Origin: Polymyxa betae A26-41
Taxonomy: Eukaryota; Protista; Endomyxa: Phytomyxea
Reading direction: 5' to 3'
DNA: 64,000 nucleotides
Assembly (NCBI GenBank): GCA_003693705.1
Contig: RBZT01000727.1
Coordinates: 1-64,000, forward strand
A program made the position numbers and the translations under genes. The notes beneath the pieces are model-generated. The model was not told the DNA's origin. It made no database searches and was given only the letters and a program-made list of their open reading frames with translations. This document shows positions 37,689 to 50,529 of this stretch, piece after piece. Position 1 is the stretch's first letter. The number at the start of each line of letters is the position of its first letter.

Positions 37689-38200
37689 TGAACAAACTCT
37701 GTAAATAAGGAGGGCTGCTAGCTCTTCAATCGTCCTTAAGAAGCTGCTGGGCAATGCCCTTCTAAGATGTGTACAAGTCCTCGGCTGGTCAGACCCGGAC
37801 TCTGGGTTATTTGGTGATGGCCACTGTCTGGGAGAGGTACGCCTACCTCACACCCGAGGACAATATCCATATAAGGAAGCGGGTTTTGAAATCAGACTAT
37901 GGAATAGGAAGCGAATGTTGCATTAAACCCAGATTGTGCTCGTTTAGCAGCCAATATAAAGAACCGAAACGAGAATCTATGGGACGATGTCAACAAAGAG
38001 CGACATTGGACCAAACGACAAAGACAGGCGCTGGCATCTCCTTCATACTAGGAAGGATAGCAATTTATGGCAACATTTTGGTGAACAAAGAAGGAGGCAT
38101 CGCTTCTGGGTCCACCTCTGCCCGTCACAGACCCTCATCCAAAGATGAGCGAAAATGAGAGCTCGGTGAACGAGTTCACCAAACGCGTTTTCGAAAAGGA

Positions 38201-39748
38201 ATGTACTCGAACACATCACAGCCGCCACGGCCGACGCGATCAGCAACCGTTGATGAGAAGCCATGGAGCGATCTGGCCCTGTTCAGGAATCGGTGGCAAC
38301 GTCAGCAGCGAGACCCATCACGAGCCCGGTTCTGGGTAATACTGGCCATCACCCACATCGTCGTCGTCGTCGGTCTCTGTACCTGGATCTTCTATCCGGT
38401 TCAGAGCGCAATCCAAGACGATCATCTCGGAGATGATGCTCGTGGAGTCTCGCCGCCCGACCCGAATCTGCCCATTGAGCTCCCGAATGAAAAAATTGAG
38501 GAAATGTTTTCAGAAAACGCATCGAATCCTTTAATCGATGCTGAGCGATTGGATGCGTTTTCGACGGAATCCAATGATGATCCAATCGGGGAATCTTCTG
38601 CTTCCGAAATCGTTTCCTCTCCATCAAAGGCGTGGATGATCTATAGCGAGCCGACAAATCAGCCTCAAGAGCCTTCAATTCATGGGCGAGCTACGATCGA
38701 CATCGAACAGCAAACTATCGCCTCCGAATGGCCTGATCATGCCAACAAGCCGTCAGAATCTCGGATCGATGATGATGATACACCTGAGACATACTCGCCC
38801 GAATCGGTTCCGTTGAGAAACGATGTCGAGCTGCGACCTGGTTGTGTCACGCCGATGGTGAATGAGGAGGCAAACGTAACGTTGGTCATCGTCGACCCGC
38901 CATTAAGCGTCTCATTAACGGAGGGAATGCCATCGGGAGATGATCACGACGACGCCCAGCAGTCGCCGGACCGAAAGTCGTCTACGAATGCTGCGACGAA
39001 TCTTCCAATTGTCGAAGCTGAAACACGGCCAGAACTATCAACAAAACCAATCGAGGATCTGCCGGTGGAATCCTCGGATCCTATTTGCGAGGATCCCGAT
39101 TGTAATGAAGGAATTGGCAGATCGAATTCGACACTGGTTAGATGGACCGAAGAAGACGAAGCCAACGCTGTTCTGGAGATGCAGCTGGAGCTTCAGGTCG
39201 ATTATTGCCTGCGACAGGCCATCCAGCTGAAGACTGAATTTACCGAAGCGAATCTACAACGCCATCTCGAGACGGTTGAAGAATTCGTGCTGGAATGGAC
39301 GTCGGTCTACATGCAGTTTCCAGAAATCGCCAAAACGTTCGAGAAAGTTGGCGAGACGTTTTTCTCGGCTCTCGTCGTGTTCTATAAAAAGCTGGTGCTG
39401 GCAAACGATGAACTCAACCAGCTGGATCAGTCGTGGGCGGCGTGCTTGCCCGAAAACGAAAGGAAGATTTCGGCTCGAAAGCAGAAAATCGTTCGAACGT
39501 ATTCGTGGTATCTGGATCTATTGGAGACCGAGATGAAATATCTGTTCTGGAGCCCGAAAAACCTGTACATGTTCGAGCTCGATAATCTGCAGATTCGAAA
39601 TGCCAATAGGCGTCATGTTACCAACAGAGCGAACGAACGCGAATTGCCAAAGGCGGAGGACGACTCTACCGAATTTCGACTAAAATCCATCGGGTTCCCT
39701 GGAAGAAAACTGTTTCGCAACCCGATTTGGGACACGAAACGGCATTGA
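38201..39748 (+). CDS. Type-II membrane protein family, paralogue 3 (515 aa)
   Basis: TM FWVILAITHIVVVVGLCTWIFYP, acidic stalk, shared C-domain (FTEANLQRHL..W..Y..FP..FF..SWY.D.L..YLFW..F.LKSIGFPG). Confidence 0.85.
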   Translation: MYSNTSQPPRPTRSATVDEKPWSDLALFRNRWQRQQRDPSRARFWVILAITHIVVVVGLCTWIFYPVQSAIQDDHLGDDARGVSPPDPNLPIELPNEKIEEMFSENASNPLIDAERLDAFSTESNDDPIGESSASEIVSSPSKAWMIYSEPTNQPQEPSIHGRATIDIEQQTIASEWPDHANKPSESRIDDDDTPETYSPESVPLRNDVELRPGCVTPMVNEEANVTLVIVDPPLSVSLTEGMPSGDDHDDAQQSPDRKSSTNAATNLPIVEAETRPELSTKPIEDLPVESSDPICEDPDCNEGIGRSNSTLVRWTEEDEANAVLEMQLELQVDYCLRQAIQLKTEFTEANLQRHLETVEEFVLEWTSVYMQFPEIAKTFEKVGETFFSALVVFYKKLVLANDELNQLDQSWAACLPENERKISARKQKIVRTYSWYLDLLETEMKYLFWSPKNLYMFELDNLQIRNANRRHVTNRANERELPKAEDDSTEFRLKSIGFPGRKLFRNPIWDTKRH

Positions 39749-41664
39749 TCTATTTCGTATTTAGGCGTAACTCAGTATATTCATAAATCCAACTGATATA
39801 GACATAAGTTAACTCGAGATATTTCCATCCATTTAAACGCCAGAATCGAACGCACCGGGCTGGATACCAAAATCAATAATCCGTAAAAACCCATTTAGCT
39901 TTGTGAACGCAAGCTTAACGAGGTGAAAGATTGGCTTACGTTTTGACGCTTTCCATCACTTGATCTTCAGGTGCCTAGCCTGCACTAGAGTGATAGTAAC
40001 TTCAGCTAACTAATCTCAAGCTGATTCCAAATAGTAATAGTAACTTCTCCTGACTAATCTTAAGCTAAAGAGCAGTGCAAGAAATCAAAAGCAAAAAACA
40101 ATCGGAATTTTGGGAAATCGTGTTATTTTTCTTTGGAATGATCGCCGAATTAAAAGGAACTTCTCCTGGCTAATCTCAAGCTGATGAAACGCCTGCAATC
40201 AGCAGCGCTCATCTCATTGTGATCCAAGCTCGCCGGATCGTGTACGTGTCGTGCTGTCCTCGAGCAGTCCCATGTCCCACCGAGCACACCCGAAACCCTT
40301 GCCTGCTTTCTGCTGTCAAACTACGGTCGTCGATTTCTTGAAATGCATTCTATCTAGGCAGGAAATAGAGAGGGAGTTCGAATATTTTGATGATTTTCGC
40401 TGACCTGCTCAGCAATAATTTGGTTTGTGTAGGCAGGCAAAGTAGTTTCTGCTTTGGTCTTGTAAGAATGTCGCATGTAGTAATGGATGCATAGTTCTCA
40501 ACGCTAAAGGCAGTACGACCTGTATGAAATTGCTCGAGCCAGTTGTGTGGAATTATCTTGACGATCATTCTAGCTGGATGGGGACAGAATTCTGATGGAT
40601 CTTTTCTACTCAGATCGTGCTGAGCTGTGATGATCTACAGCTAATACATGTTAGAAAACAAGTCTTGGCTGTCATTGATGCTATAAGACCAAGCAGAACG
40701 TTCGACAACATGGTCTAGATCTGCGAGTCGAGATTCAAACCAGTTGATAAACTTCCACAAACAAAAGCAAAACAATAAAATTTCTGCAGAGGCTGGCAGA
40801 GGTTAAAGACAGTGAAACAGCATCAGCGAGACAGCATCTTCCACCTGCTCGATGCTTCTGGCATGAAAGAGTCATGCAACTGTAAGGTATGAGCAATCAG
40901 CCAAGCTTCTATCGATGCTGTTTTGAAATCTATGTTGATAAATGAGGCTATGACCAGTGCCACTCATTGCCTGGGCATTCGAGAAGTGAAAACGCGAGCA
41001 AAACGACAGATCTGGGAAGAGTTGAATGAGGTTTGATGCTACTGTAGAAGATAATTTGAATCAACATACTTCTGATGATTTCTTGATGTTTCTCAATACT
41101 AATGAAAGAGCAATTAAGAACCGATTATGGATTGAGTTAAGCTCCATCCTGAAAACTGAATTTAACGCTTGTGCTAGTGTACGCGATTCGAAGTCGGTTA
41201 ACATTTGAACCCTGAAGGAGCATATGATGGCGAAGACTCCCCTTAAAATCCATTCTTCAAGTGTAGCAATTAAACCCAGATTTGGTGAAATCGCGAACGT
41301 TCCATTCACGTCTATCATGAACATAATGTTGACAAGCTTTATTGCAGTTAACTTTTAAAGCAGCGTATCATACAATGAAACGAAACGAAATGATTAACAA
41401 AAGGCACCTGTAGCACGAATACTGAACGACGAAATCTAAAGATGGAATGATAGAGGGAAGCAAGATTTTGAGTCACCTTTAACTTTCAGCAACAATGAGA
41501 AAGCAATCTCTGCCAACAAGTAATCGTGAACTCGTGCAACTGGTTAATAACTAGACAATAATATACGAACAGGCAGCAAAACAAACAGAAATATCGAATT
41601 ATTAATAAATTGTATAACAACTAATAAAACTGGCTTTTGATACTATCAAAGAGAATAACAATAA

Positions 41665-43393
41665 TCAGTAATAAGGTTGAACCGGTTGGCCCATCATGGC
41701 GCCGGCCTGGGGTTTCACAGGACCGTGCGTTTTGAACTGAACCTTCAAAGTCTTTCCATTGAGTGGATATCCATTCAACGCTTGAATAGCAGCCATTGCC
41801 TGCTGCTCTGTATCCATGTTGACGAATCCATAGCCTTTCGACCTTCCGGTAGCAGGATCTCTCATCACTTTCGAGCTAGACACGTTCCCGTACTGGCTGA
41901 AAATCGCCCTAAGTGCAGTTTCGTCGTACTCCATTGGGAGGTTGAAACAAAACAAACAGTAACCGGTGTAAAGCTGACGACCACCATTTGGAGCTACAGG
42001 AGGTACCGGAGCAACAGGTCCTGGAGTGATTACGGGACCTGAGCTATAAGGAGTTGAACTCGGTCGAGAAGCGGGTGTGTGCCTCATAGGAGCATATCCA
42101 GCATCGGTTCCATAGGTTGGAGGATATCGAGCGTATGGTTGAGCAGATGCAGCAGCAGCAGCAGCTTGCGCTCCATAATATCCATACTGAGGTGGTTGTA
42201 CCGCCCTGGCAGCAGCTCCATAGGGACCCATGGCGGCCTGGTAATAAGGATGCGCCGAATATGCTGGTTGTGGAGGATAGTATGATTGAGCTGCTGCAGG
42301 ATATGGTGATCCGCGATAGGCTGCCGCACCAGGAGCTGGATACTGCTGATTCATGGTATCTTTCCTTGTGCCAGCTGCAAGGGAAACGGAGATTCGACTG
42401 GAACCTCCAGGAGGCACGCTCTCATTGAGAGCTGTTATCGCAGCATGAGTTTTAGCAACGTCGCTCAACCTGACAAAACCGCAGCCACGACTTTCGCCAT
42501 CCTTGCCTGGACGCATGTTAAGCACAATCGATCTAAAAATCCACAAATATCATACCCATAAGAATCTTGCACTCGACAACGGGGCCGTAGGGTTCGAACA
42601 GGGCGGCGGTATCAGCTTCAGTAAAGTTGATAGGAAGACCAGTGATATAAATGTTGCATTGTTTGTGAGTTGAAGAAGGCCTTGCGAAGTGGACCTTCAG
42701 TTGCCTGGCATCAGGAGCCGCAGCTTGAAAGTGAGCAACAGCATTCGCAGCTGGTTCTTTGTTAACAAACTTAACGAAGCCGTACCCTTGGCACTAAATA
42801 AAAGTCAGCACGTTGGTCCAGCAACGAAAAGCAAAAAGAAAACCCATTACCTGCCCAGTTTGGCGATCAATAATTGCCCTGGCGCTTTCAATTTCGCCAA
42901 AGGGAGCGAAAAGCTCATATAAGGTTTGATCGGTAAAGCTTCTTGGGACGTAGTTCACAATCAAGTTGTTGCCTTTCTGAACGTCTTGGGGTGTGAAATG
43001 CCCCGCCCTGTCTGAAAGAGAATGCAAATCTTGATTTTCTGGATCACCCTGTTCGAATTCGCTAGGAACATGGATAGAGTCAGGTGGAGGCGGCACAGAT
43101 GAAGCCTGATCAGTAGGAGACTTCGGCGAGACATAATTTTCAGCAGAAGCGGCAGCAGCATCCTCGTTGTCAACTGCTTCGTCTTCTGGTGTAGTTGTCA
43201 GGTCAACAATAGTCTCCTGGGCATCGTTAGCCTCGTCGACATTTTCCTGGGCAACGACGTCAGCGGCAGGCTGCTCTGGCGCTGGTTCAGGGACAGGATC
43301 CGGGTCCGAAGACTTTGTGGCATTGACGGCAGCGTCGGCTAGAACGCTGATGTCGCTGTCCTCCAAGGTAGTAAATTCATCCACATTAGACAT
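41665..43393 (-). CDS. ELAV/Hu-like RNA-binding protein, three RRMs, 2 introns
   Basis: NNLIVNYVP (RNP2); QGYGFVKF, RGCGFVRL, KGYGFVNM (RNP1). Introns 42850-42794 and 42555-42507 restore the frame. Confidence 0.9.
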
Positions 43394-44386
43394 GATGCGA
43401 TATGGACGAGATTGAGAGAGCAAGCGATGATGACCACGAATGAGAGAGCGCAGTTTTTGACATTGTCCGTGTCAGCCAGTCATAGAAAATAGAAATCAAT
43501 GTGGCCATTCATTCGTAAATCTTAATGGAATACATCATCGGTTGCAGAACCATGAATAGGATTGGATTGGAGTTTACTAGTTTGTTAATGTTTGTCAACA
43601 GACGGCGCGGTATTCAGGACCGGTATTACTCAGGCATCGCCTAAGTACTTACTAGGATTCCTACTTCCAGTTTCAGAGCCATTCATTATTTCATCCATGA
43701 ACCATGAATAGGCTAGCTACCAGCATAGCCCACCTGGTTTTCGAATAGTATTATCTTGCGAGTTTTCTTTGACCTTAATTCAAATTCAGCCCCATACAGT
43801 ATTTCGTGAAGGGAATTTTTGCAGTACCCAGGTGTGCAGTAGAGCGCTTATCATTCGTTCTTTTGCAGATTCTGATATCTTAACAACTTGCTGTTGTTTA
43901 CTTAAGAATTTCTTAACACGCGATGTTATTTTTTTATTATATTGGGCTTTCGCTTAATCAAACGATCCTTTATCTAGAATAGAGTACCGACCGTTTCGGC
44001 TTACGTTGATGCCGACATCATATCAGCCTGGAATCCGCGCGGTGCTTCCTTTCAGTAGCATCCTGGAGCTGGTAGGCCAACACATTTACTGTTATAAGGT
44101 GATTCCAAACAGGGATCCACCAGATCTTTGCTGAGGCCGAGATTTTGGACTCAAAATCCGACAGTCAGTCTTGGCAATGCAGCAAACGCAAAAACTGGTG
44201 TTTAGCAAGTTGTAATCTCATTCTCGATAGCAATACATACTTTGCTCGCTAATAGCTGTTTGAATCCCGTTATGAAGCAGCTCAACATCTTTGTTATGTT
44301 GCGTGATGAAGATAATGCGCGACCTTTGTTGTCGCCGAAGTCCATCCAACTTGTATCTTTATCGTCGCTGATAGCGACAAGGGACA

Positions 44387-47319
44387 ATGTTGGGAAGATT
44401 GACTGCTAGCGCTCGACGATCTCTCGCCTCAGGTACAACGAAAATTGTTTCCGATGCGTACGTTGTCTTACCCTTTGACTGACTTGTTCTTGAACTTCAG
44501 CTATCGAAGATGTTATTCGACTTCAAATGCCAGCTTTGTCACCAACGTGAGATCGTTTGAGATTCTGTATAGCTAATAACCTGCTTTTGGATATTCTTAC
44601 TTTGAAGCTATCTCTAAATCTGTACATTGTTTACCCTTGGTTTTCAGTCACTTCCATCTCACTTTCTCGTTGTTCTCTATTGAAGGCTCCCCATCGTTTT
44701 TGTTTGCAGAAATATCGATTGGTTTCTATCAACCATGACGATATACATTTAGCTGTTTACATTGTTCAACACCCATCACTTGTTTCAGTAATTCATCTCA
44801 ATATGATGGTGTTAGGATGACGTCAGGAAACGTCGGTACATGGCATAAGAAGGTTGGCGACAAGATCAGCCCTGGCGATGCTTTAGTATCAATTGAGACT
44901 GATAAAGCCATGGTCGAATACGAAGCTATTGAAGAGGGGTAAAGCGTCTTCGAACATTAGTTTTGTTTTCTACTTTGTTATCATTTCGGTGTTATCTTCG
45001 TGTAAAATTGCCTCTGTTTGAGTCAAAAATTCAAATTAAATGTTTCATTATGGGCATTCTTGTCTAATAGCTGATGCATTCTGTTTTCATCTTACGTATG
45101 TATATGCTTCATCGGTTCCTGATTTGCTGTGTCGAGGCGAGAGTGTTTCTCAAAATCTGTTTTTGGCCTTCCAATGCTTTCTAGCATTTCATTTCTAGCA
45201 TTCCATTTTCAATCATTTCTGGCATTTCGTTGTAAATGCTTTCTAGCGATCCATTTTCAGAGCTTTCTAGCAATCCATTTTCAATGCTTTTCAGCATTCC
45301 ATTTTCAATGCGTTTCAGCATTCCATTTAATGCTTTTTAGCAACCCATTTTCAATGCTTTCTAGCATTCCATTTTAATGCTTTCTAGCATTCCATTTTAA
45401 TGCTTTTCAGCATTCCATTTTAATGCTTTCTAGCATTCCATTTTAATGCTTTCTAGCATTCCATTTTAATGCTTTCTAGCATTCCATTTTAATGCTTTCT
45501 AGCATTCCATTTTAATGCTTTTCAGCATTCCATTTTAATGCTTTCTAGCATTCCATTTTAATGCTTTTCAGCATTCCAATTTCAATGATTTTTAGCAATC
45601 CATTTTTTAAGCTTTCTAGCAATCCATTTTCAGAGTTTTTAACATTTCATTTTCAATGCTTACTAGCATTCCATTTCCAATGCTTATTCTGATTGCTGAC
45701 CGATGCTTAGATATCTAGCTGCAATTTATGTCAGCACTGGAGCTACCAACGTCAAATGTGGTGAATTACTTGCCCTGATGGTGGAAGATGAATCTCAGTT
45801 GGCGAATGCTGCTGCTATGCCTAAGCCTGCAACCGCATCCCAATCTATTGAAACAAAAGACGCCAAATCACCATCTGCGGCCACATCTGAACGACAGCCG
45901 TTCCCTATGCCAGCTGCTGCTGTTAGGCTGGCTCCATTGCAGGTTGATTTAGGATCTGTTAATGCCAGTGGCCCTGGAGGTATCGTCTTGGCTTTTTTTG
46001 CTGACTTTTTATTCGACTTCTTTTTCAAACGTTTGTTTCTGCTTCAAAAATGTTGGGCTAGTTTCTGCTTTATTTCAGCTAAAACATGCAGTTTTCTTTG
46101 CTATCCTTTGCCCTGTTGAAGCATATTTGATCTTCCGCTGATACCAATACAGGACGTATCCTAAAGCATGATGCCGTCGAATATTTAAAGACATATTCCC
46201 CTTCCAAAACCGGAGTCCAGAAAGCATCTTCCTCTGAGGCGGTTCAGCAGAAGACTGCTGTCAGAAAAACGCATGGCGTTTATGAACGTCCAGGTCATAG
46301 CATCGATCGGAATTCACAGGAAGCCTTCACTGATATCAAACTGACCACAATGCGACGTGTTATTGCCCAGCGACTTTCAGAATCGAAAGCAACCGTCCCG
46401 CATGCATACGCGTCTGCCGTTTGCACGCTTGATTTGCTTACCTCATTAAGGTCGGCGCTGAAGTCAAAGGGAGCGCCATCGTCTATCAACGATTTTGTGA
46501 TTCGTGCATCGGCTTTGGCGCTGCGTGATGTTCCTGCCCTGAATTCAGTTTTCGAAAACGGCAAAGCAAGAAAATGTGAAAGCGTCGATATCTCGATCGC
46601 TGTTGCTACCGGTCAGTTTCTGTCTCCTGATACCTTTTCAGGATTTGTTTTTCAATTTACAATTTAACAACTACTGCTCTGTTTTGAGTTTCTTCTGGAT
46701 TGCTTTATTAAATGCTTTCACTTCAGCAAGGAACATTCGCCAATCTTCAACGGGTTTGCAGGTTTTCGGCTGTTACCAGCTTTGTACTTTTTTGTGTTCT
46801 TTATGTGTTGCTTAAAGCTACCGTAGAAGGTGGTCTGATCACACCAATCGTGAAGAACGCCGATCAGCTTTCCGTTTCGTCAATATCTAATACCGTTCGG
46901 GAATTGGCTGGGAAGGCTCGCGCCAACAAACTGAAGCCTGAAGAATTTCAAGGCGGATCGTTTACTATCTCCAATCTCGGCATGTTCGGCATCTCATCTT
47001 TCTCAGCGATTATTAATAAGCCTCAGGTATTTGGATTTTTTTAGGCTGTTTGAATACTTGAACTGTTGGATAATCCCAAGGCGCTTTGTTTCGTTTTTAT
47101 ACTTGAGAAGAGACTGAGTATATTTGGTCGTAGGCGTGTATCTTAGCAGTTGGATCTGGAGAAAGCCGCCCTGTGATTTGCTCTGGTGGTGGCCTAACTT
47201 CGTCATCAACAATGACGGTGACGCTCTCATACGATCGACGGGTTGTTTGCGAATCTGCCGCTGGACAGTGGCTGAATGCTTTCAAATCTTACATCGAGCA
47301 GCCAGGCACGATGACTTGA
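44387..47319 (+). CDS. Pyruvate dehydrogenase E2 paralogue lacking the catalytic His (E3-binding protein / PDHX-like), mitochondrial, multi-exon
   Basis: Transit peptide [15 protein letters not shown]; MPALSPT-MTSG; lipoyl IETDKA; PSBD SGPGGRILKHD; inner core [28 protein letters not shown]; final exon LSYDRRVVC in place of DHRxxDG. Confidence 0.85.
45170..45685 (+). repeat. Intronic ~23-bp minisatellite (ttttaatgctttctagcattcca)n
   Basis: About 20 tandem copies inside the 44939-45710 intron. Confidence 0.95.
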
Positions 47320-47399
47320 AAACATCTGCCAAGAGCTGCTCCAGCTGGATCCCGGCTCTCGATCAATCGGTTTATCTTCAATTGTACGAGTACAAACTG

Positions 47400-49400
47400 C
47401 AATCGGGTTATGAATACATTCTCTAGAAGTTCTTACAACGTCATGTGAATTGTTCAAGATCAACTCGTCTTCGTCTTGGATAAGTGGTGTATACGAGTTA
47501 TTGCCAGAAGTCGACCGTAACTAGCTTTTGTCTTCTAACGGATTCATATCTTGGACAGCTACTCAAACAAAATGGGTTTCGCGTTCTCGATTCATTTTTT
47601 TAGGGTTCAGAAAACGTTATGTACCTCATCTTTAACTTTAAGATGATCAGATACTGGACATTCTGCGACATCCTTGTTAATGGATGCAAACTGTTCGGCG
47701 CTAACTGGTAGTGGTCCAGTTTGATCTGTGATTACAGAGATGCTGTGCTGAAGCCAACGGCTGAGCCTTTCAAATGCAATGTGTTTCGGGAAAACCGAAT
47801 CAATCTATATGGCTCTTTAGCTGTTCTCGTTTTGTCATTATTGAGCGATCAAACTGTCTGTTTCATCAGAAGATATCGCTGCGAACTAAAAGTATCGATC
47901 TTTGCTGAACTAAGCGGGTGATGATGTTTGGAGTAAAACCCATCCTGATGCTTGTTAGATTGATTTTCACCAGAAAGCAAGGTCATGGCAGGCAGCTACC
48001 TCTCGAGTCGTGTTTTTCAGTAAACGATTTCGAGGTTTGAGTTATATCTTTTCGATCCTCAGCATAAATGCATGCAGAAGAATCAGTTCAAAAGGACATC
48101 TTTATACAGCAAATGGAAAATATCCTGATCTCGCCCTGCACTACAATTATGTCAACCTGCCCGTTAGCAGGCGATGAGGTCTGGTCTAGAACGGCATCGG
48201 CGATCCATACGATCTCCCGATGATGAATCAGCAGATGATTCACTGAGATTGCTTTCACGGTTCGTTTCGGGTGCTGGTCTATCGAGGAGCTCGAATGATC
48301 TTTTATGGAGATTGTAGTCGGCTGTCGAAGGGAATATGACACGATTTTCTATCAACTGTTAGTTCACTCTGATACAACCAAACTATGCTAATATCAAGCG
48401 GGAGCAATACGGTAATGGAAGCCATTGAGTCATTGTATGTCCGGAGAAGGCTATGGAAGATAGGTTTAAAGAGAGGACCGCGAGATGCAGCCAAGTAGAT
48501 GACGATGCCAATGCAATGAATTGCTTGGAACTTCGCGCCAATCCAATGTGATTCCTCTTTCGAATGCAACCAATTCAAAGGCTCAGTGCATTTGTGATGA
48601 CGTCACGTCTTCAGAGGCGATTAAATGCAACAATAGATTGCAGATAAGGAAGACATCTTTGTTTTTGATTTCCAATCGCACAAAGAATGTCATTAAAATT
48701 CTCGTCAAATTGGGCGATTGTTCCACGAAGAAAAGCAATCACTTCTTCAATCGGTGCTGGGGAGAGCAGGTATCGCAGAATACCTTCAAATCTTGAGAAT
48801 GCATTGAGAGCAACTCTTGGCATGTTCGATGTCCAAGGTGCCATATACAGAACCGACTGTAGTTTGCTGCTTGATACAACATCTTGCGAAGTTGGTTAAG
48901 TACATTAGCAATGATAGACCTGTTGATGCCAGGATACTGCTTACTAGATCGCTCGCATAGCGTGTTTAGGGAAGGAGTAATGCAAGTATCTGTAGGTGCA
49001 GGACAAGAAAAGATTGATTCCGGATTGACCCTGATCTCATGATGGCTCCGAGAAACAAGCATGTTGCTGATCTCATTGTTGATAAATTCATTGACCGCGA
49101 AGCCACACAGTTGGTTCAAATGAAATGGCGGAAGTTCGTGATCACGAAATCACCGCTGGTACATTTGTTTCAGGTAAACGGCATCGTCTAAGAATCGCAA
49201 TCAACTGCTTCGCACTTGATACCAATTTGTGTGAATGCGAATATTCATACCAAGATGTTACGGTAAATAAGCATTAGAAAGTTTTCCATTCAAAATATTT
49301 CAACCTCTTATGGAGAACAGCTTCTGATGGCATCCCTATCATACATTGCCAACTTCCTCCATGAAATGATAGGTCTAGAGTGAAAGCGACATCTGATATT
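47400..49400 (-). CDS. Possible multi-exon hypothetical gene
   Basis: Consecutive protein-like minus-strand ORFs (48303-48578, 48611-48844, 48739-49119); no motif recognised. Confidence 0.3.
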
Positions 49401-49879
49401 GTCACAAACATAACTTTTGCTGATATTAAAATCTTCGACTAATAACACCAGCTGAATGTGAGAAAGCAGAATAGGGTGCAATCGGTTTAAAGGGACAGCG
49501 AAAGAAGAATCATGATCTCAAATTCCCTCTAATGCCAGATCTCAGTGAATTATTATATGGCAATCTAAAACGTTATCATTTGATCTAAGAGAGGCAAGGA
49601 TTCAAATTTTCCGAACCTCAACGAAGGAAACTACAGTAATCCAACAATTGTTTCAGCACGGGTCTGAACTGTTGAAAGCGCAACCTGATAAGCGCAACCC
49701 CCTACCCTTATGACAGTCCCAAGTCTCCGAAGGTTTTTTCATTTTAATATCTTTTCTATTAAACCTTCACATTCCTTCCTACTGTTTCAAGGCTCTAGCC
49801 GCTCTTCCATTACTAGAGGGCTCCATCCCACAGTCTCCAACTGCACAATCGCGACGCTATTCCCCTTGTATCCGCATGT

Positions 49880-50529
49880 TTGCCAGCAAAGAGAACCTGT
49901 TCGTGCCACAAGAACACTACAACAGTGCCGGTTGCAAGGACCGCAGAACGAGAATCGGAATCAATGCCTGGAAAGCATTAGTATGGCGTCTGACTGCCCT
50001 AATTCTGCCCTAATTCTCCGCCCTGTATCCCAGAGTGTCAGAACCGTGTCCTGACGGAACAAAGCTTCCCGAAAGGTGCTGGAAGTCCGGAACACTGGTA
50101 TCTACCAGGATGGGGTCTTTGCCACAACCTACATTCCCTCATGCATTATGATAACGGAGTATACAGGAGTGGTATGCGGCAGAATAATTCCTCAAAATTG
50201 TCCAGTCCTCATTCATCTTACAGGTTTTCCCCGAGAAAGTTTTCAACAATGATCCCATCATTCGAGCGCAGCATAATCGGAACTACGTTGCCACTGCGCC
50301 GAAATTACCTTTTGTCGTTGTGGCAAAACCGGTCGATGGCAGGTGACCGATTGCAGCTAAAATAAATCACAGCTGTGATCCCAATAGCTGCGTGCTGAAA
50401 TGGAGCGACAGCAGTGGCAGGGAACGTTTGACAATCTGGACCGACAGAGACATAGCCAAGGGTGAGGAGATCACATATTGATACTTCACCAAGCAGTGGG
50501 AAACCAAGTGTTTGTGCAAACTCTGCTGA
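49880..50529 (+). pseudogene. SET-domain lysine methyltransferase pseudogene
   Basis: Hand translation: CIPECQNR; LEVRNTGIYQDGVFATT..ITEYTG; INHSCDPN; DIAKGEEITY*Y; post-SET CLC. Contains stops and frameshifts. Confidence 0.75.

Noticed and set aside
43500-44380. Extra upstream exons or a small gene between the ELAV and PDHX-like genes
   Set aside because: No consistent spliced frame could be built, and the PDHX-like model is complete from ATG 44387.
45129-45377. Repetitive FLAFHFQ ORF
   Set aside because: It is the intronic minisatellite read in frame.
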